Shown here piece by piece: positions 51,541 to 63,323 of a stretch of 64,000 bases of DNA; position 1 is the stretch's first letter; each line of letters opens with the position of its first letter. Origin of the DNA: Cyanophora paradoxa CCMP329 (lineage: Eukaryota > Plantae > Glaucophyta); NCBI GenBank assembly GCA_004431415.1, contig QPMI01000706.1:1-64000 (forward strand), read 5' to 3'. The translations under genes and the position numbers were made by a program. Under the pieces are notes generated by a model, which was not told where the DNA came from, made no database searches, and saw nothing but the letters and a program-made list of their open reading frames with translations.

Positions 51541-51786
51541 TTCTTTAAATAATTTTGTTATTTATTAAAGATTGTGACTAATTTGTGCTATAAGATTTTT
51601 TAATTAAAGTAAGTTTTATAGTAACAATTAATGGATACTTATGAGTAAATACTTTTTACCTATAGGTATCCATTTTGTTCATAGAAAGTATTGACGGATC
51701 CATTCATATAATTTACTCATTTATAGTATTATAGAAATTGGTTCCAAAGCCCATAACTTTTTATTCCTTTTAAAAGAACCTATCTT

Positions 51787-52272
51787 ATGAGTATCGTTAC
51801 CAAGTCTATTGTTAATGCTGATGCTGAAGCTCGTTACCTTAGCCCAGGCGAGTTAGATCGTATTAAAAGTTTTGCTGCGTCTGGCGAAAGACGTTTACGT
51901 ATTGCACAAATTTTAACTGATAACCGTGAACGCATCGTTAGAGAAGCTGGTCAACAACTTTTCCAAAAACGCCCTGATATCGTTTCCCCTGGTGGTAACG
52001 CATATGGTGAAGAAATGACTGCTACTTGTTTACGTGACTTAGATTATTATCTTCGTTTAGTAACTTATGGTGTTGTTGCTGGTGATGCAACTCCAATTGA
52101 AGAAATTGGTTTAGTTGGTGTTAAAGAAATGTATAATTCTTTAGGTACTCCAGTAGCAGCTGTAGCAGAAGGCGTTCGTTCCGCTAAGAGTGTAGCAACT
52201 GGTTTACTTTCCGGTGATGATGCTGCTGAAGCTGGCTCTTACTTCGATTACGTGATTGCTGCTTTACAATAA
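51787..52272 (+). CDS. apcA: Allophycocyanin alpha
   Basis: [29 protein letters not shown]. Confidence 0.99.
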   Translation: MSIVTKSIVNADAEARYLSPGELDRIKSFAASGERRLRIAQILTDNRERIVREAGQQLFQKRPDIVSPGGNAYGEEMTATCLRDLDYYLRLVTYGVVAGDATPIEEIGLVGVKEMYNSLGTPVAAVAEGVRSAKSVATGLLSGDDAAEAGSYFDYVIAALQ

Positions 52273-52311
52273 AATTTTTGTAATTTTAACAAACTGTAAG
52301 GAACTGAACTT

Positions 52312-52797
52312 ATGCAAGACGCTATTACTGCTGTAATTAATGCTGCTGATGTACAAGGTAAATATCTTGATACTGCATCTGTAGAAAAATTAAAAAGCTA
52401 TTTCCAAACTGGTGAATTAAGAGTTCGTGCAGCTGCAACTATTGCTGCTAACTCTTCTGCAATCATTAAAGAAGCTGTAGCTAAATCCCTTCTTTATTCC
52501 GATATCACCCGTCCAGGTGGTAACATGTACACTACTCGTCGTTATGCTGCATGTATTCGTGACTTAGATTACTATGTACGTTACGCTACTTATGCAATGC
52601 TTGCAGGTGACACATCTATTTTAGATGAACGTGTATTAAATGGTCTTAAAGAAACTTATAACTCTTTAGGTGTACCTGTAGGTGCAACTATCCAAGCAAT
52701 TCAAGCTGCTAAAGAAGTAACTGCTGGTTTAGTAGGTCCTGATGCTGGTAGAGAAATGGGTATTTACTACGACTACATTTCTTCTGGTTTAGGTTAA
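52312..52797 (+). CDS. apcB: Allophycocyanin beta
   Basis: [24 protein letters not shown]. Confidence 0.99.
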   Translation: MQDAITAVINAADVQGKYLDTASVEKLKSYFQTGELRVRAAATIAANSSAIIKEAVAKSLLYSDITRPGGNMYTTRRYAACIRDLDYYVRYATYAMLAGDTSILDERVLNGLKETYNSLGVPVGATIQAIQAAKEVTAGLVGPDAGREMGIYYDYISSGLG

Positions 52798-52826
52798 TTC
52801 TTTAATCAAAACTTTTTTTATTAAGA

Positions 52827-52881
52827 ATATATATAAATATCTACTCCTCTTTTTAAAAGAGGAGTAGATATTTATATATAT
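52827..52881. terminator. 27-bp-arm hairpin after apcB
   Basis: ATATATATAAATATCTACTCCTCTTTT-T-AAAAGAGGAGTAGATATTTATATATAT. Confidence 0.85.
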
Positions 52882-53037
52882 ATATATATCTATCTATAAA
52901 TATATATATATATATATTTATGTTTTTTTGTTTCTTTGATTAATTACAAATTCAATAATTAATAAAAAAAATAATCATTTCTCTTCTAATGACTGATAAA
53001 CTTTAAACAAAGACTAAAATAATTTTTATAAGTGTTC

Positions 53038-54003
53038 ATGAGTATATTAGTAATTGGTGCTACAGGCACCTTAGGACGACAAATTGTTCGATCTGCATTA
53101 GATGAAGGTTATCAAGTTCGTTGCTTAGTACGAAATTTACGAAAAGCGGCTTTTTTAAAAGAATGGGGAGCAAAATTAATTTGGGGAGATCTTTCCCAAC
53201 CTGAAAGTTTATTACCAGCATTAACTGGGATAAGAGTAATTATTGATACTTCTACTTCTCGCCCTACAGATCCCGCTGGTGTTTATCAAGTTGATTTAAA
53301 AGGAAAAAAAGCTTTAATTGATGCAGCTAAAGCTATGAAAATTGAAAAATTTATTTTCTTTTCAATTTTAAATTCTGAAAAATATTCCCAAGTTCCATTA
53401 ATGCGAATAAAAACTGTAACGGAAGAATTATTAAAAGAATCTGGCTTAAATTATACAATTTTTAAACTTTGTGGCTTTTTCCAGGGTTTAATAGGTCAAT
53501 ATGCTGTTCCTATTTTAGATCAACAAACAGTGTGGATTACTACTGAGTCGACTTCAATTGCATATATGGATACAATTGATATTGCCCGTTTTACTTTACG
53601 ATCTTTAGTTTTAAAAGAAACAAACAATCGTGTTTTTCCATTAGTCGGAACACGAAGTTGGAATTCCGCTGATATTATTCAATTATGTGAACGTTTATCC
53701 GGCCAAAATGCTAAAGTTACACGTGTGCCTATTGCATTTTTAGAACTTGCTCGAAATACTTCCTGTTTCTTTGAATGGGGATGGAATATTGCTGATCGTT
53801 TAGCATTTACTGAAGTACTATCTAAAAGTCAATTTTTTAATTCTTCAATGGATGAAGTTTATAAAATATTCAAAATTGAATCAACTTCTACCACAATATT
53901 AGAAAGTTATTTACAAGAATATTTTAGCCGAATTTTAAAACGTTTAAAAGAAATTAATTCCCAACAAAGCCAAAAGAAAAAAACTAGTGATTTATTTGTT
54001 TAA
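53038..54003 (+). CDS. ycf39: Ycf39 (atypical SDR, PSII assembly)
   Basis: ILVIGATGTLGRQ, GLIGQYAVPILD; ATG at 53038 (alternative GTG at 53032). Confidence 0.95.
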   Translation: MSILVIGATGTLGRQIVRSALDEGYQVRCLVRNLRKAAFLKEWGAKLIWGDLSQPESLLPALTGIRVIIDTSTSRPTDPAGVYQVDLKGKKALIDAAKAMKIEKFIFFSILNSEKYSQVPLMRIKTVTEELLKESGLNYTIFKLCGFFQGLIGQYAVPILDQQTVWITTESTSIAYMDTIDIARFTLRSLVLKETNNRVFPLVGTRSWNSADIIQLCERLSGQNAKVTRVPIAFLELARNTSCFFEWGWNIADRLAFTEVLSKSQFFNSSMDEVYKIFKIESTSTTILESYLQEYFSRILKRLKEINSQQSQKKKTSDLFV

Positions 54004-54011
54004 AGTTTTTA

Positions 54012-54091
54012 TGGGTGAGGAGGGATTCGAACCCTCATGGAATACCGTCACATTTTGAGTGTGATGCGTCTACCAGTTTCGCCACTCACCC
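54012..54091 (-). tRNA. trnL: tRNA-Leu(CAA)
   Basis: TCACA-CTCAAAA-TGTGA with variable arm. Confidence 0.95.
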
Positions 54092-54307
54092 TTTTTTTAT
54101 TTGTAGTAATTATAGTTATTTAAAAGTTTTTAATTTAAAATTTTTATTTTTAGCTTTCTATAGAAAAAAATTAATAATACATAATAGAATTAATTTATGT
54201 AAATGTTATAATATATTATTATATCTCTCTTCCCAGATATATGTTTTTTATTATTAAATATTTGAAGAATCAACATTAGAAATATTAATAAAAATAGTTT
54301 ATTTTTT

Positions 54308-54691
54308 ATGCACACACAACAATTAATTAGTCAAATTGAATCTCAATATCTAAAGGATAATTTACCCGAGATTTGTGTAGGAGATACCGTTAAAGTCGGT
54401 GTTTTAATTCAAGAAGAAGATAATAAAAATAGTGGCGAGAAAGAACGTATTCAGTTTTATGAAGGCGTTGTTATTTCTTTATCCAAATTAAAAAATATTA
54501 ATGGTACAATTCGTGTTCGTCGAATTTTACAAGGTATTGGTATTGAGCGTACTTTTTTAGTTCATTCTCCATTAATAAAAAGTATTAATATTATTCGTCG
54601 TTCTAAAGTTCGTCGTGCAAAATTATATTATTTACGCACTCTAACTGGAAAAGCAACTCGTTTAAAACAACGTTTTGATCAAGCATTATAG
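54308..54691 (+). CDS. rpl19: 50S ribosomal protein L19
   Basis: [19 protein letters not shown]. Confidence 0.98.
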   Translation: MHTQQLISQIESQYLKDNLPEICVGDTVKVGVLIQEEDNKNSGEKERIQFYEGVVISLSKLKNINGTIRVRRILQGIGIERTFLVHSPLIKSINIIRRSKVRRAKLYYLRTLTGKATRLKQRFDQAL

Positions 54692-54760
54692 ATTGATATA
54701 CTAAAACTTTTTAGGTATATAATAATTTAATTTTTTTTATATTATTTTATACCTTTTTTT

Positions 54761-54834
54761 GGAAACATAGCTCAGTTGGCTAGAGCGACACGTTGACATC
54801 GTGTAGGACGCTGGTTCAATTCCAGTTGTTTCCA
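54761..54834 (+). tRNA. trnV: tRNA-Val(GAC)
   Basis: ACACG-TTGACAT-CGTGT. Confidence 0.94.
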
Positions 54835-54933
54835 TCTAAAGTAAGTTCAAAAAAATAGGTTTTGAATAAAAAAGTATGTATCTTTTTTTATAAATTTGTA
54901 AAATACAATATAGTAATTAATTTTGATAAACTT

Positions 54934-55035
54934 ATGGGTAAAGAAATTTTTAATACTGCAGTAATTTGTTTCACTTTAACATTAATTGGATTAAGTCTTG
55001 GTTTTGTTTTATTAAAAATTCAAGGTGATGAATAA
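54934..55035 (+). CDS. petM: Cytochrome b6f subunit VII (Ycf31)
   Basis: MGKEIFNTAVICFTLTLIGLSLGFVLLKIQGDE*. Confidence 0.93.
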   Translation: MGKEIFNTAVICFTLTLIGLSLGFVLLKIQGDE

Positions 55036-55118
55036 ATATATTTCAATTCCATAATAATTAAAAAAAAATATCATGATGATTTTTATCATGATATTTTTTT
55101 ATTAAATTATAAATAAAA

Positions 55119-55191
55119 CGGGCATGGAGGGATTCGAACCCCCGACCATCAGAACCGGAATCTGGCACTCTATCCTCTAAGTTACATGCCC
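55119..55191 (-). tRNA. trnR: tRNA-Arg(CCG)
   Basis: Anticodon loop TTCCGGT; GGGCATG acceptor. Confidence 0.93.
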
Positions 55192-55273
55192 CAACCATCG
55201 TTTAGATTAGATTTTTTATAAATTTTAATTTATTGTTAATTATTTAAAATTCTAATTTTTATTTTTAACGTTA

Positions 55274-55795
55274 TTAAATTAAAATATCTAATTTTGAACG
55301 ACCTGTTGTTTTCAGCCAATTTTGAGCTTCAATATAGTTATCAGGTGCTAATCTTATTGCTTGTTTCCAATAAAAAGCAGCTTGATCAAATAATGCTTCT
55401 GCCATTTCCATGTCACCTTGTTCTGCAGCTTGTTCACCTTGAGCATGATAAATAACAGCCATATTATTTAACGCTTGTGGCATTTTGGGATTTAAATCTA
55501 AGGCTTGACGGTAATATTCAAGAGCTTTTGTTTGATCTCCATTACTTGTGTGAATTAAAGCAATATTGTAAAAAGTATATGATTTATCATAAGGATCTTC
55601 TTCTAAACGTAAGGCTTCATAATAATTTTCTAAAGCTTCAGCATATTCTCCTTCAGATTGTGCAGACATACCATCTCTATAATAAGCAAAAGCCTCTTTA
55701 GTCTTTTTACTAACAGGTAATATTTTTAGTATTAAATCTGCTATAACGGTAAAAGTTTTATCGATAAAATTATCGTTTCGTTGAGATCGAGGCAT
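55274..55795 (-). CDS. ycf3: PSI assembly TPR protein Ycf3
   Basis: [25 protein letters not shown]. Confidence 0.98.
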   Translation of the reverse strand: MPRSQRNDNFIDKTFTVIADLILKILPVSKKTKEAFAYYRDGMSAQSEGEYAEALENYYEALRLEEDPYDKSYTFYNIALIHTSNGDQTKALEYYRQALDLNPKMPQALNNMAVIYHAQGEQAAEQGDMEMAEALFDQAAFYWKQAIRLAPDNYIEAQNWLKTTGRSKLDILI

Positions 55796-55910
55796 GTAAA
55801 AATTCCATGATTAAATGTTAGTTTGATTTATTCAATATTATATCAATATAATAAAATTGTTAAAAATTGTTTTTTAAATTTATCAGTTTTGTAAATTTGT
55901 AAAATCATTA

Positions 55911-55984
55911 TCGGGATGACAGGATTTGAACCTGCGACATCCTGCTCCCAAAGCAGGCGCGCTACCAAACTGCGCTACATCCCG
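55911..55984 (-). tRNA. trnP: tRNA-Pro(UGG)
   Basis: CCTGC-TTTGGGA-GCAGG. Confidence 0.96.
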
Positions 55985-56285
55985 TATTTATTAACTATAA
56001 TATTTATATATTCTTTAGAACATATATCTATATATATATATATATATTATAGCGTATATTTTGAATATACAAGTAAAAATAGTGTTAAATTTGTATTATT
56101 TTAGTTAATTTAAGTTTAAAAAAAAATTTAATATTGGAGTAAAACTTTTTATTTTTAGGACTATTAATATCTTTTTTAAAAATCTTTTTTATTATTTTTT
56201 CATTAGTTTTTTTTTAACATTTATAATAAAGAAATAAATTTTTTAAATTTCCAAATTTCTTTTTCCTATCCTTGTAGGAGGTATA

Positions 56286-56846
56286 ATGAGAAAATTATTT
56301 TTATTAATGTTCTGTTTATCAGGATTAATCTTAACTACTGATATTCGTCCAGTAAGAGCAGATGTAGCAGGTTTAATTCCATGTAGTCAATCTGATGCTT
56401 TTGAACGTCGTTTAAAAAATACAACACAACGTTTAGAAAATCGTTTAAAAAAATATGAACCTGGTAGTGCTCCAGCAGAAGCATTACAAAAACAAATTGA
56501 TAAAACTCAACAACGTTTTGACAAATATAGAAATTCCGGATTACTTTGTGGTGCTGATGGTTTACCACATTTAATTACTGATGGTCGTTGGAGCCACGCA
56601 GGAGAATTTACTATTCCAGGATTATTATTCCTTTATATTGCTGGTTTTATTGGCTGGTCTGGTAGAAGTTATTTACAGGCAGTTGCAGCAAGTGATAATA
56701 GCACTGAAAAAGAAATCATTATTGATATTCCAGTAGCATTACAATCCGTATCAAAAGGATTTGTTTGGCCATTAGCTGCATTACAAGAATTTAGTAGTGG
56801 TAAATTAACTGCACGAGATGAAGAAATAACTATTTCACCTCGATAA
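56286..56846 (+). CDS. psaF: Photosystem I subunit III (with signal peptide)
   Basis: [26 protein letters not shown]. Confidence 0.98.
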   Translation: MRKLFLLMFCLSGLILTTDIRPVRADVAGLIPCSQSDAFERRLKNTTQRLENRLKKYEPGSAPAEALQKQIDKTQQRFDKYRNSGLLCGADGLPHLITDGRWSHAGEFTIPGLLFLYIAGFIGWSGRSYLQAVAASDNSTEKEIIIDIPVALQSVSKGFVWPLAALQEFSSGKLTARDEEITISPR

Positions 56847-56880
56847 TAATCATTACGAATGAAGGAGAATATTGTATTTT

Positions 56881-57003
56881 ATGTCTTTTAGCAAATATCT
56901 TTCAACTGCTCCTGTTATAGGAACTTTAACTGCGTTTTTCTTAGCAGGTTTATTAATTGAAATTAACCGTTTTAACCCGGATTTATTAGTTTATCCATTT
57001 TAA
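56881..57003 (+). CDS. psaJ: Photosystem I subunit IX
   Basis: [12 protein letters not shown]...[19 protein letters not shown]. Confidence 0.96.
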   Translation: MSFSKYLSTAPVIGTLTAFFLAGLLIEINRFNPDLLVYPF

Positions 57004-57009
57004 TTAAAG

Positions 57010-57044
57010 AAAGCTAATCTTTCTATTATAGAAAGATTAGCTTT
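57010..57044. terminator. Hairpin between convergent psaJ and psaB
   Basis: AAAGCTAATCTTTCTA-TTA-TAGAAAGATTAGCTTT followed by a T-tract. Confidence 0.82.
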
Positions 57045-57089
57045 TTTTTTTGGAAATTTATTTAATGGAAATTTGTAAGAAACTTACTA

Positions 57090-59303
57090 TTATCCAAACT
57101 TACTTGCAGTAGAAGCAATTAAGAATGCAGCATAAGTTACAATGTAACCTACAGCAAAGTGAGCTAAACCTACTAGACGAGCTTGAACAATAGATAATGC
57201 TACTGGTTTGTCTTTCCAACGTACTAAATTTGCTAATGGAGTACGTTCATGTGCCCAAACTAATGTTTCAATTAGTTCTTGCCAGTAACCTCTCCAAGAA
57301 ATTAAGAACATAAAACCAGTCGCCCAAATTAAGTGACCAAATAAGAACATCCAAGCCCAAACGGATAGGTTGTTCATACCAAATGGATTATAACCGTTAA
57401 TTAATTGGGAAGAATTTAACCATAAGTAATCACGGAACCAACCCATTAAATAAGTGGAAGATTCATTAAATTGAGCAACGTTTCCTTGCCATACACCTAG
57501 ATGTTTCCAGTGCCAGTAGAATGTTGTCCAACCAATTGTGTTTAACATCCAGAATACTGCTAAATAGAAAGCATCCCATGCAGAAATATCACAAGTACCA
57601 CCACGGCCTGGACCATCACAAGGGAAACTATAACCAAAATCTTTTTTATCTGGCATTAGTTTAGAACCACGTGCGTCTAAAGCACCTTTAACAAGAATTA
57701 AAGTTGTAGTGTGTAAACCTAAAGCAATAGCATGGTGAACTAAGAAGTCACCAGGTCCAATAGTTAAGAATAAAGAATTATTTCCACTATTGATTGCATC
57801 TAACCAACCAGGTAACCAAATTGGTTGTGCGGAACCAGGAGCTACTCGAGTAATACTATCAGCATTATTTAATAATACTTCAAAGCCATATAAGGATTTA
57901 CCATGAACGGATTGAATCCATTGAGCAAAAACTGGCTCAATTAAGATTTGCTTCTCTGGTGTTCCAAAAGCTTGTACTACATCATTATGAACGTAAAGAC
58001 CAAGAGTGTGGAAACCTAAGAATAAAGAAACCCAACTTAAATGAGAAATGATTGCTTCTTTATGATCAATAATACGTGCTAATACGTTATTTTTGTTTTG
58101 CTCTGCATCATAATCACGTACTAAGAAAATAGCACCGTGAGCAAATGCACCAACCATTAAGAATCCTGCGATATATTGATGGTGAGTATATAAAGCTGCT
58201 TGAGTTGTAAAATCACGTGCTAAATAAGCATATGGAGGAATAGAATACATATGCTGAGCTACTAAAGAAGTAATTACACCTAAAGCTGCTAGAGCTAGAC
58301 CTAATTGGAAGTGTAAAGAATTATTTACGGTATCATATAATCCTACGTGACCTGCACCTAAGCGACCGCCTGGAGGACGATGTCCGTTTAAAATTTCTTT
58401 AATACTGTGACCAATACCAAAATTGGTACGGTACATGTGACCAGCAACGATGAATAATACTGCAATTGCTAAATGGTGATGAGCGATATCAGTTAACCAT
58501 AAAGATTGAGTTTGTGGGTGGAAACCACCTAAGAACGTTAAAATTGCAGTACCTGCACCATCAGAAGAACCAAATACATGATTTGCTGTATCCGGGTTTT
58601 CTGCGTAAACACCCCAATTTCCAGTAAAGAATGGTTGTAAACCTGCTGGATGTGGTGCTACTTGTAAAAAGTTATCCCAACCAACATGTTGACCACGAGA
58701 TTCTGGAATTGCTACGTGTACTATGTGACCAGTCCATGCTAATGAACTAGTACCAAATAAACCACCTAAATGGTGATTTAATCTAGATTCCGCATTTTTA
58801 AACCAAGAAAGGTTTGGACGGAATTTTGGTTGAAGATGTAACCAACCTGCAAATAAAGATAATGCAGATAAGATTAATAAGAAGATAGCACCATTATAAA
58901 GTTCTTCATTGGTACGCATACCTTGGGTATACCACCATTGATAAACTCCAGAATAGGAAATGTTTACAGGACTAGATGCACCTGCTTGTGAAAATGCTTC
59001 AATTGCTCGTTGACCGAAATGAGGGTCAGAAATTGCATGTGCAATTGGACGAGTGTTTAATGGATCTTTAACCCATTGTTCGAAATTACCTTGCCACGCA
59101 ACGTGAAATAAGTTACCAGATGTCCATAAAAAGATAATAGCTAAATGGCCAAAATGGGATGCGAAAATCTTTTGGTAAAGATTTTCTTCAGTAATACCAT
59201 CATTGGTTTCAAAATCGTTTGCGGTAGCAATTCCATACCAGATACGACGTGTAGTCGGATCTTGAGCCAAAGCTTGACTCGCTTTTGGAAATTTAGTACC
59301 CAT
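57090..59303 (-). CDS. psaB: Photosystem I P700 apoprotein A2
   Basis: [22 protein letters not shown]. Confidence 0.99.
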   Translation of the reverse strand: MGTKFPKASQALAQDPTTRRIWYGIATANDFETNDGITEENLYQKIFASHFGHLAIIFLWTSGNLFHVAWQGNFEQWVKDPLNTRPIAHAISDPHFGQRAIEAFSQAGASSPVNISYSGVYQWWYTQGMRTNEELYNGAIFLLILSALSLFAGWLHLQPKFRPNLSWFKNAESRLNHHLGGLFGTSSLAWTGHIVHVAIPESRGQHVGWDNFLQVAPHPAGLQPFFTGNWGVYAENPDTANHVFGSSDGAGTAILTFLGGFHPQTQSLWLTDIAHHHLAIAVLFIVAGHMYRTNFGIGHSIKEILNGHRPPGGRLGAGHVGLYDTVNNSLHFQLGLALAALGVITSLVAQHMYSIPPYAYLARDFTTQAALYTHHQYIAGFLMVGAFAHGAIFLVRDYDAEQNKNNVLARIIDHKEAIISHLSWVSLFLGFHTLGLYVHNDVVQAFGTPEKQILIEPVFAQWIQSVHGKSLYGFEVLLNNADSITRVAPGSAQPIWLPGWLDAINSGNNSLFLTIGPGDFLVHHAIALGLHTTTLILVKGALDARGSKLMPDKKDFGYSFPCDGPGRGGTCDISAWDAFYLAVFWMLNTIGWTTFYWHWKHLGVWQGNVAQFNESSTYLMGWFRDYLWLNSSQLINGYNPFGMNNLSVWAWMFLFGHLIWATGFMFLISWRGYWQELIETLVWAHERTPLANLVRWKDKPVALSIVQARLVGLAHFAVGYIVTYAAFLIASTASKFG

Positions 59304-59328
59304 AGTATCCGTTAGATTCTCCTAATAC

Positions 59329-61587
59329 TTAACCTACTGAAATAATTCTCGCATGGAAGAAGGACCAAGTAGTCGCGATTCCACCTAAGAGATAATGTGC
59401 AACACCTACAGCACGACCTTGAGTAATACTCAATGCACGTGGTTGAATAGAAGGTGCAAATTTTAATTTGTTATGTGCCCAAACAATAGATTCAATTAAT
59501 TCTTGCCAATAACCACGACCACTAAATAAGAACATTAAACTAAATGCCCAAATAAAGTGAGCTCCTAAGAACATTAAGCCATATGCGGATAAAGCAGAAC
59601 CGTAAGATTGAATTACTTGAGATGCTTGTGCCCATAAGAAATCACGTAACCAACCATTAATTGTAATGGAGCTTTGTGCAAAGTTATTACCTGTAATATG
59701 GCTAACTGCACCGTCTGCGGTTACATTACCCCAAACATCAGATTGCATTTTCCAACTAAAATGGAAAAGAACAACAGAAAGGGAATTATACATCCAGAAT
59801 AAGCCTAAGAAAACATGATCCCAAGCAGATACTTGACAAGTACCACCACGGCCTGGACCGTCACAAGGGAAACGGAAACCAAGATTTGCTTTATCAGGAA
59901 TTAAACGAGAATTTCTTGCGAAAAGTACACCTTTTAATAAAATTAAAACAGTTACGTGGATAGTAAATGCATGAATATGATGTACTAAGAAATCTGCAGT
60001 ACCTAAAGAAATAGGCATCATTGCAACTTTTCCGCCTACAGAAACAATATCGCCACCAAATGCATAACTTGCGTTAGCTAAAGCGTTTGGAGCAGTATTA
60101 CCTGCAGCAGCACTGTTTACACCTTGTACCCATTGAGCAAATACAGGTTGTAATTGAATTGCTGCATCAGAGAACATATCTTGTGGACGACCTAATGCAC
60201 GCATAGTATCATTATGGATATATAATCCAAAACTATGGAAACCTAAGAAAATACAAACCCAATTTAAATGAGAAATAATTGCATCTCTATGGCGAAGTAC
60301 ACGGTCTAATAAGTTATTGTAGTTTTGTGCCGGATCGTAATCACGTACCATGAAAATAGCAGCATGAGCACCTGCACCAACGATTAAAAATCCACCAATC
60401 CATACATGATGAGTGAATAAACAAAGGCTTGTTGCATAATCTGTTGCTAAATATGGATATGGCGGCATAGAATACATATGATGCGCCACAATGATGGATA
60501 AAGAACCAAATAATGCTAAGTTAAGAGATAACTGAGCATGCCAAGAATTTGTAAAGATCTCATATAAACCTTTATGGCCTTCACCAGTAAAAGGTCCTTT
60601 ATGAGTTTCTAACATTTCTTTCATACTGTGGCCAATACCCCAATTAGTGCGATACATATGACCAGCAACGATGAATAATACTGCAATTGCTAAGTGATGG
60701 TGCGCACTATCGCTTAACCATAAACCACCAGTAACTGGATTTAATCCACCTTTAAAAGTTAAAAAGTCAGAATATTCATTCCAATTTAATGTAAAGAATG
60801 GGGTTAAACCTTGACCAAAACTAGGGTATAATTGAGCAATTAAATCTTTATTTAAAATAAACTCATGTGGTAATGGAATTTCTTGTGGAGAAACACCAGA
60901 ATCTAAAAGTTTATTTACTGGTAAGGAAACATGAATTTGATGTCCTGCCCAAGATAAACTGCCTAAACCAAATAAACCAGCTAAGTGGTGGTTCATCATG
61001 GATTCCGCATTTTGGAACCATTCTAATTTTGGAGCTGCTTTATGGTAATGGAACCAGCCTGCAAATAACATTAAAGCTGCCATTACTAAAGCACCAATTG
61101 CTGTTACATATAATTGTAACTCGGTAGTAATACCAGAAGCACGCCACATTTGGAATAAACCAGAAGTGATCTGAATACCTTGGAAACCACCACCAACATC
61201 ACCATTTAAGATTTCTTGACCAACGATTGGCCAAACAACTTGTGCGCTTGGTTTAATTGTTGTTGGATTACTTAACCATGCTTCGTAATTAGAAAAACGA
61301 GCGCCGTGGAAGTATGCACCACTTAACCAAATAAATACTACAGCTAAATGACCAAAATGTGCACTGAAAATTTTTCTAGAAACATCTTCTAGATCACTAG
61401 TATAACTATCAAAGTCATGAACGTCGGCATGAAGATTCCAAATCCAAGTTGTTGTCTTAGGACCTTTTGCTAAAGTACGAGAAAAATGACCAGGAACTGC
61501 CCATTTATCAAAAGAAGTACTTACAGGATCTTTGTCAATAACAATTTTGACTTTTTTTGCCTCGCGTTCTGGTGGACTAATTCTCAT
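59329..61587 (-). CDS. psaA: Photosystem I P700 apoprotein A1
   Basis: [13 protein letters not shown]; ATG at 61587 follows a GAGGAG SD. Confidence 0.99.
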   Translation of the reverse strand: MRISPPEREAKKVKIVIDKDPVSTSFDKWAVPGHFSRTLAKGPKTTTWIWNLHADVHDFDSYTSDLEDVSRKIFSAHFGHLAVVFIWLSGAYFHGARFSNYEAWLSNPTTIKPSAQVVWPIVGQEILNGDVGGGFQGIQITSGLFQMWRASGITTELQLYVTAIGALVMAALMLFAGWFHYHKAAPKLEWFQNAESMMNHHLAGLFGLGSLSWAGHQIHVSLPVNKLLDSGVSPQEIPLPHEFILNKDLIAQLYPSFGQGLTPFFTLNWNEYSDFLTFKGGLNPVTGGLWLSDSAHHHLAIAVLFIVAGHMYRTNWGIGHSMKEMLETHKGPFTGEGHKGLYEIFTNSWHAQLSLNLALFGSLSIIVAHHMYSMPPYPYLATDYATSLCLFTHHVWIGGFLIVGAGAHAAIFMVRDYDPAQNYNNLLDRVLRHRDAIISHLNWVCIFLGFHSFGLYIHNDTMRALGRPQDMFSDAAIQLQPVFAQWVQGVNSAAAGNTAPNALANASYAFGGDIVSVGGKVAMMPISLGTADFLVHHIHAFTIHVTVLILLKGVLFARNSRLIPDKANLGFRFPCDGPGRGGTCQVSAWDHVFLGLFWMYNSLSVVLFHFSWKMQSDVWGNVTADGAVSHITGNNFAQSSITINGWLRDFLWAQASQVIQSYGSALSAYGLMFLGAHFIWAFSLMFLFSGRGYWQELIESIVWAHNKLKFAPSIQPRALSITQGRAVGVAHYLLGGIATTWSFFHARIISVG

Positions 61588-61755
61588 CGAGATTCTCCTC
61601 TTATGAGGCAAACAGAACGATAAAACTCATTACTTCATCAAAATTAAAAAAAAATAATTTATTGAAATATTTTTTTTTAACTCAAAATTCAATTTATATT
61701 TTTTTTGTATAGAAATTTTTTCAATTTGAATTTTTATTTTATTTAATTATTATTT

Positions 61756-61783
61756 ATTATAAAACATAAATATTCGGTGTCAT
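61756..61783 (-). promoter_or_regulatory. Putative psaA-psaB promoter
   Basis: Minus strand ATGACA-16 nt-TATAAT, about 170 nt upstream of the psaA ATG. Confidence 0.5.
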
Positions 61784-61895
61784 AGGTGCTGTTAACAATA
61801 AGTTAAATATTTTATATATAAATCCAATAATTATTTTTTTAAATATTTTTTTATTTAATAATTTTATTATTAAATAAAAAAATATTTAAATTTAA

Positions 61896-62759
61896 TTAAA
61901 TGATTTCATTAAATAAAGTAAAAGAATTTTTTCTATCTTTTAAATTTAAACTATTAAATAATAAATCCATGATAGTTTTTACACCTTCATAACCGACCAT
62001 TGGTTTATACGATAGTGGAAAATTTTGAATATGAATTGGACTAGAAATAACACCACAAGGAATCCCCAGTCGTTTTCCAATATGTCTTTCCATTTGTGTT
62101 CCAAAAATAACATCAGGTTTTAACTTTGAAATTTCATTACTGATCATTGTATGATCTTCAGTAATTAAAATCTTATTACAATAGTTTTGAACTTGTTCAC
62201 TAAACCATTTTGATTCTGATTTACAATACGTACCACAAAGGATAATTTCTAAACCAATCTCTTTACTTAATAATTTTGTTAAAGTTGCAACATGATTTGA
62301 ACTTCCAAAAATAATAGCTTTTTTTCTTTTTAATTTACTTTTAATAGCTTCTTTCTTTATCCAATTTAAATTTAAAAGTTTTAGTAATTTGATATTAATT
62401 ACTTTTGTTATCGTATTATTTTCAAGTTTTAAACTAAAAAGTAACTTTTTTAAAAAACGATTTAGATTAATATTGCCCATTGGAAGTATAACTAAAGATA
62501 ACAGTCCAAATTCTTTATTTAAATATTTACTTGTCAAAAGTCCTAGTTCGCGATATGGAAGAATATTGAGCCAGGCTTTTGGTAAATTTATTAAAGTTTT
62601 AACTGTTGTTCCTTGAGGTAAACTACAATTAAGTATTATTTCATATAATTCAAACAATTTCTTTAGTTCTCGAGTGTCATGATTATTATGAAAACCTAAA
62701 CTAGAAATTCCAATTAGATTAACAGAAGGAAGAAGAGTTTTAACCTTTTCTAACGTCAA
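61896..62759 (-). CDS. chlB: ChlB C-terminal part (divergent, truncated; TTG start or frameshift continuation)
   Basis: [54 protein letters not shown]. Confidence 0.8.
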   Translation of the reverse strand: MTLEKVKTLLPSVNLIGISSLGFHNNHDTRELKKLFELYEIILNCSLPQGTTVKTLINLPKAWLNILPYRELGLLTSKYLNKEFGLLSLVILPMGNINLNRFLKKLLFSLKLENNTITKVINIKLLKLLNLNWIKKEAIKSKLKRKKAIIFGSSNHVATLTKLLSKEIGLEIILCGTYCKSESKWFSEQVQNYCNKILITEDHTMISNEISKLKPDVIFGTQMERHIGKRLGIPCGVISSPIHIQNFPLSYKPMVGYEGVKTIMDLLFNSLNLKDRKNSFTLFNEII

Positions 62760-63217
62760 ACTTGCTCTATTTTTTCTATATAAAAACGAACTATTTGTTC
62801 TAATGTTTTATCACAAGCTTGTAATTCATTAATACGATAATGATTTACGTCGGCTAAAAGAACATCAGCCATGGAATTTAAGGAAGCTTGTTCAACAAAA
62901 TTTTGAAGGTCTTCTTGTAAAATACTAGAAGTACAAGTAGGTGTTAAAACAATTAAATCAGGTTGTTCTTCTTTATCCTTTCTAAGAATATTATCTATTA
63001 CTTTTTCTTGTGATCCTCGTGCTAATACATTACGATCTACAACACTTGTTGTAACTGGAGTATAGTTTCTTTCGCGTTCAAGCATTGAACGCATAACATT
63101 AAAATAATCATCTCCTAATGGGGCATGCATAATAGCATGTACATTTTTAAATGAACTTGCAATTCGCAAAGTACCAATATGTGCAGGTCCTGTATACATC
63201 CAATAAGCTAATTTCAT
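62756..63217 (-). CDS. chlB: ChlB N-terminal part (light-independent protochlorophyllide reductase B)
   Basis: [36 protein letters not shown]; stops after YIEKIEQV. Confidence 0.9.
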   Translation of the reverse strand: MKLAYWMYTGPAHIGTLRIASSFKNVHAIMHAPLGDDYFNVMRSMLERERNYTPVTTSVVDRNVLARGSQEKVIDNILRKDKEEQPDLIVLTPTCTSSILQEDLQNFVEQASLNSMADVLLADVNHYRINELQACDKTLEQIVRFYIEKIEQV

Positions 63218-63279
63218 TTAGATTTCCTTTTTTAATTTACTAAACTAATAATTTTGGTATTTTTCTATGTGTTAATACC

Positions 63280-63323
63280 TAAATAAAGATATATATATAT
63301 ATATATATATATATCTTTATTTA
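63280..63323. repeat. Perfect 44-bp palindrome with (AT)13 centre between divergent chlB and rps14
   Basis: TAAATAAAG-(AT)13-CTTTATTTA. Confidence 0.9.

Noticed and set aside
51691-51712. TTGACG...TATAAT as an apcA promoter
   Set aside because: The spacing is only 10 nt.
54015-54257. 80-aa ORF MRRDSNPHG..., and likewise 55916-56104 MTGFEPATS...
   Set aside because: They are antisense translations of tRNA-Leu and tRNA-Pro running into AT-rich spacer.
61588-61611. N-terminal extension of PsaA (also PsbE 35266-35274 and PsbH 42241-42252)
   Set aside because: Homology, and for psaA and psbE the SD position, support the downstream ATGs.
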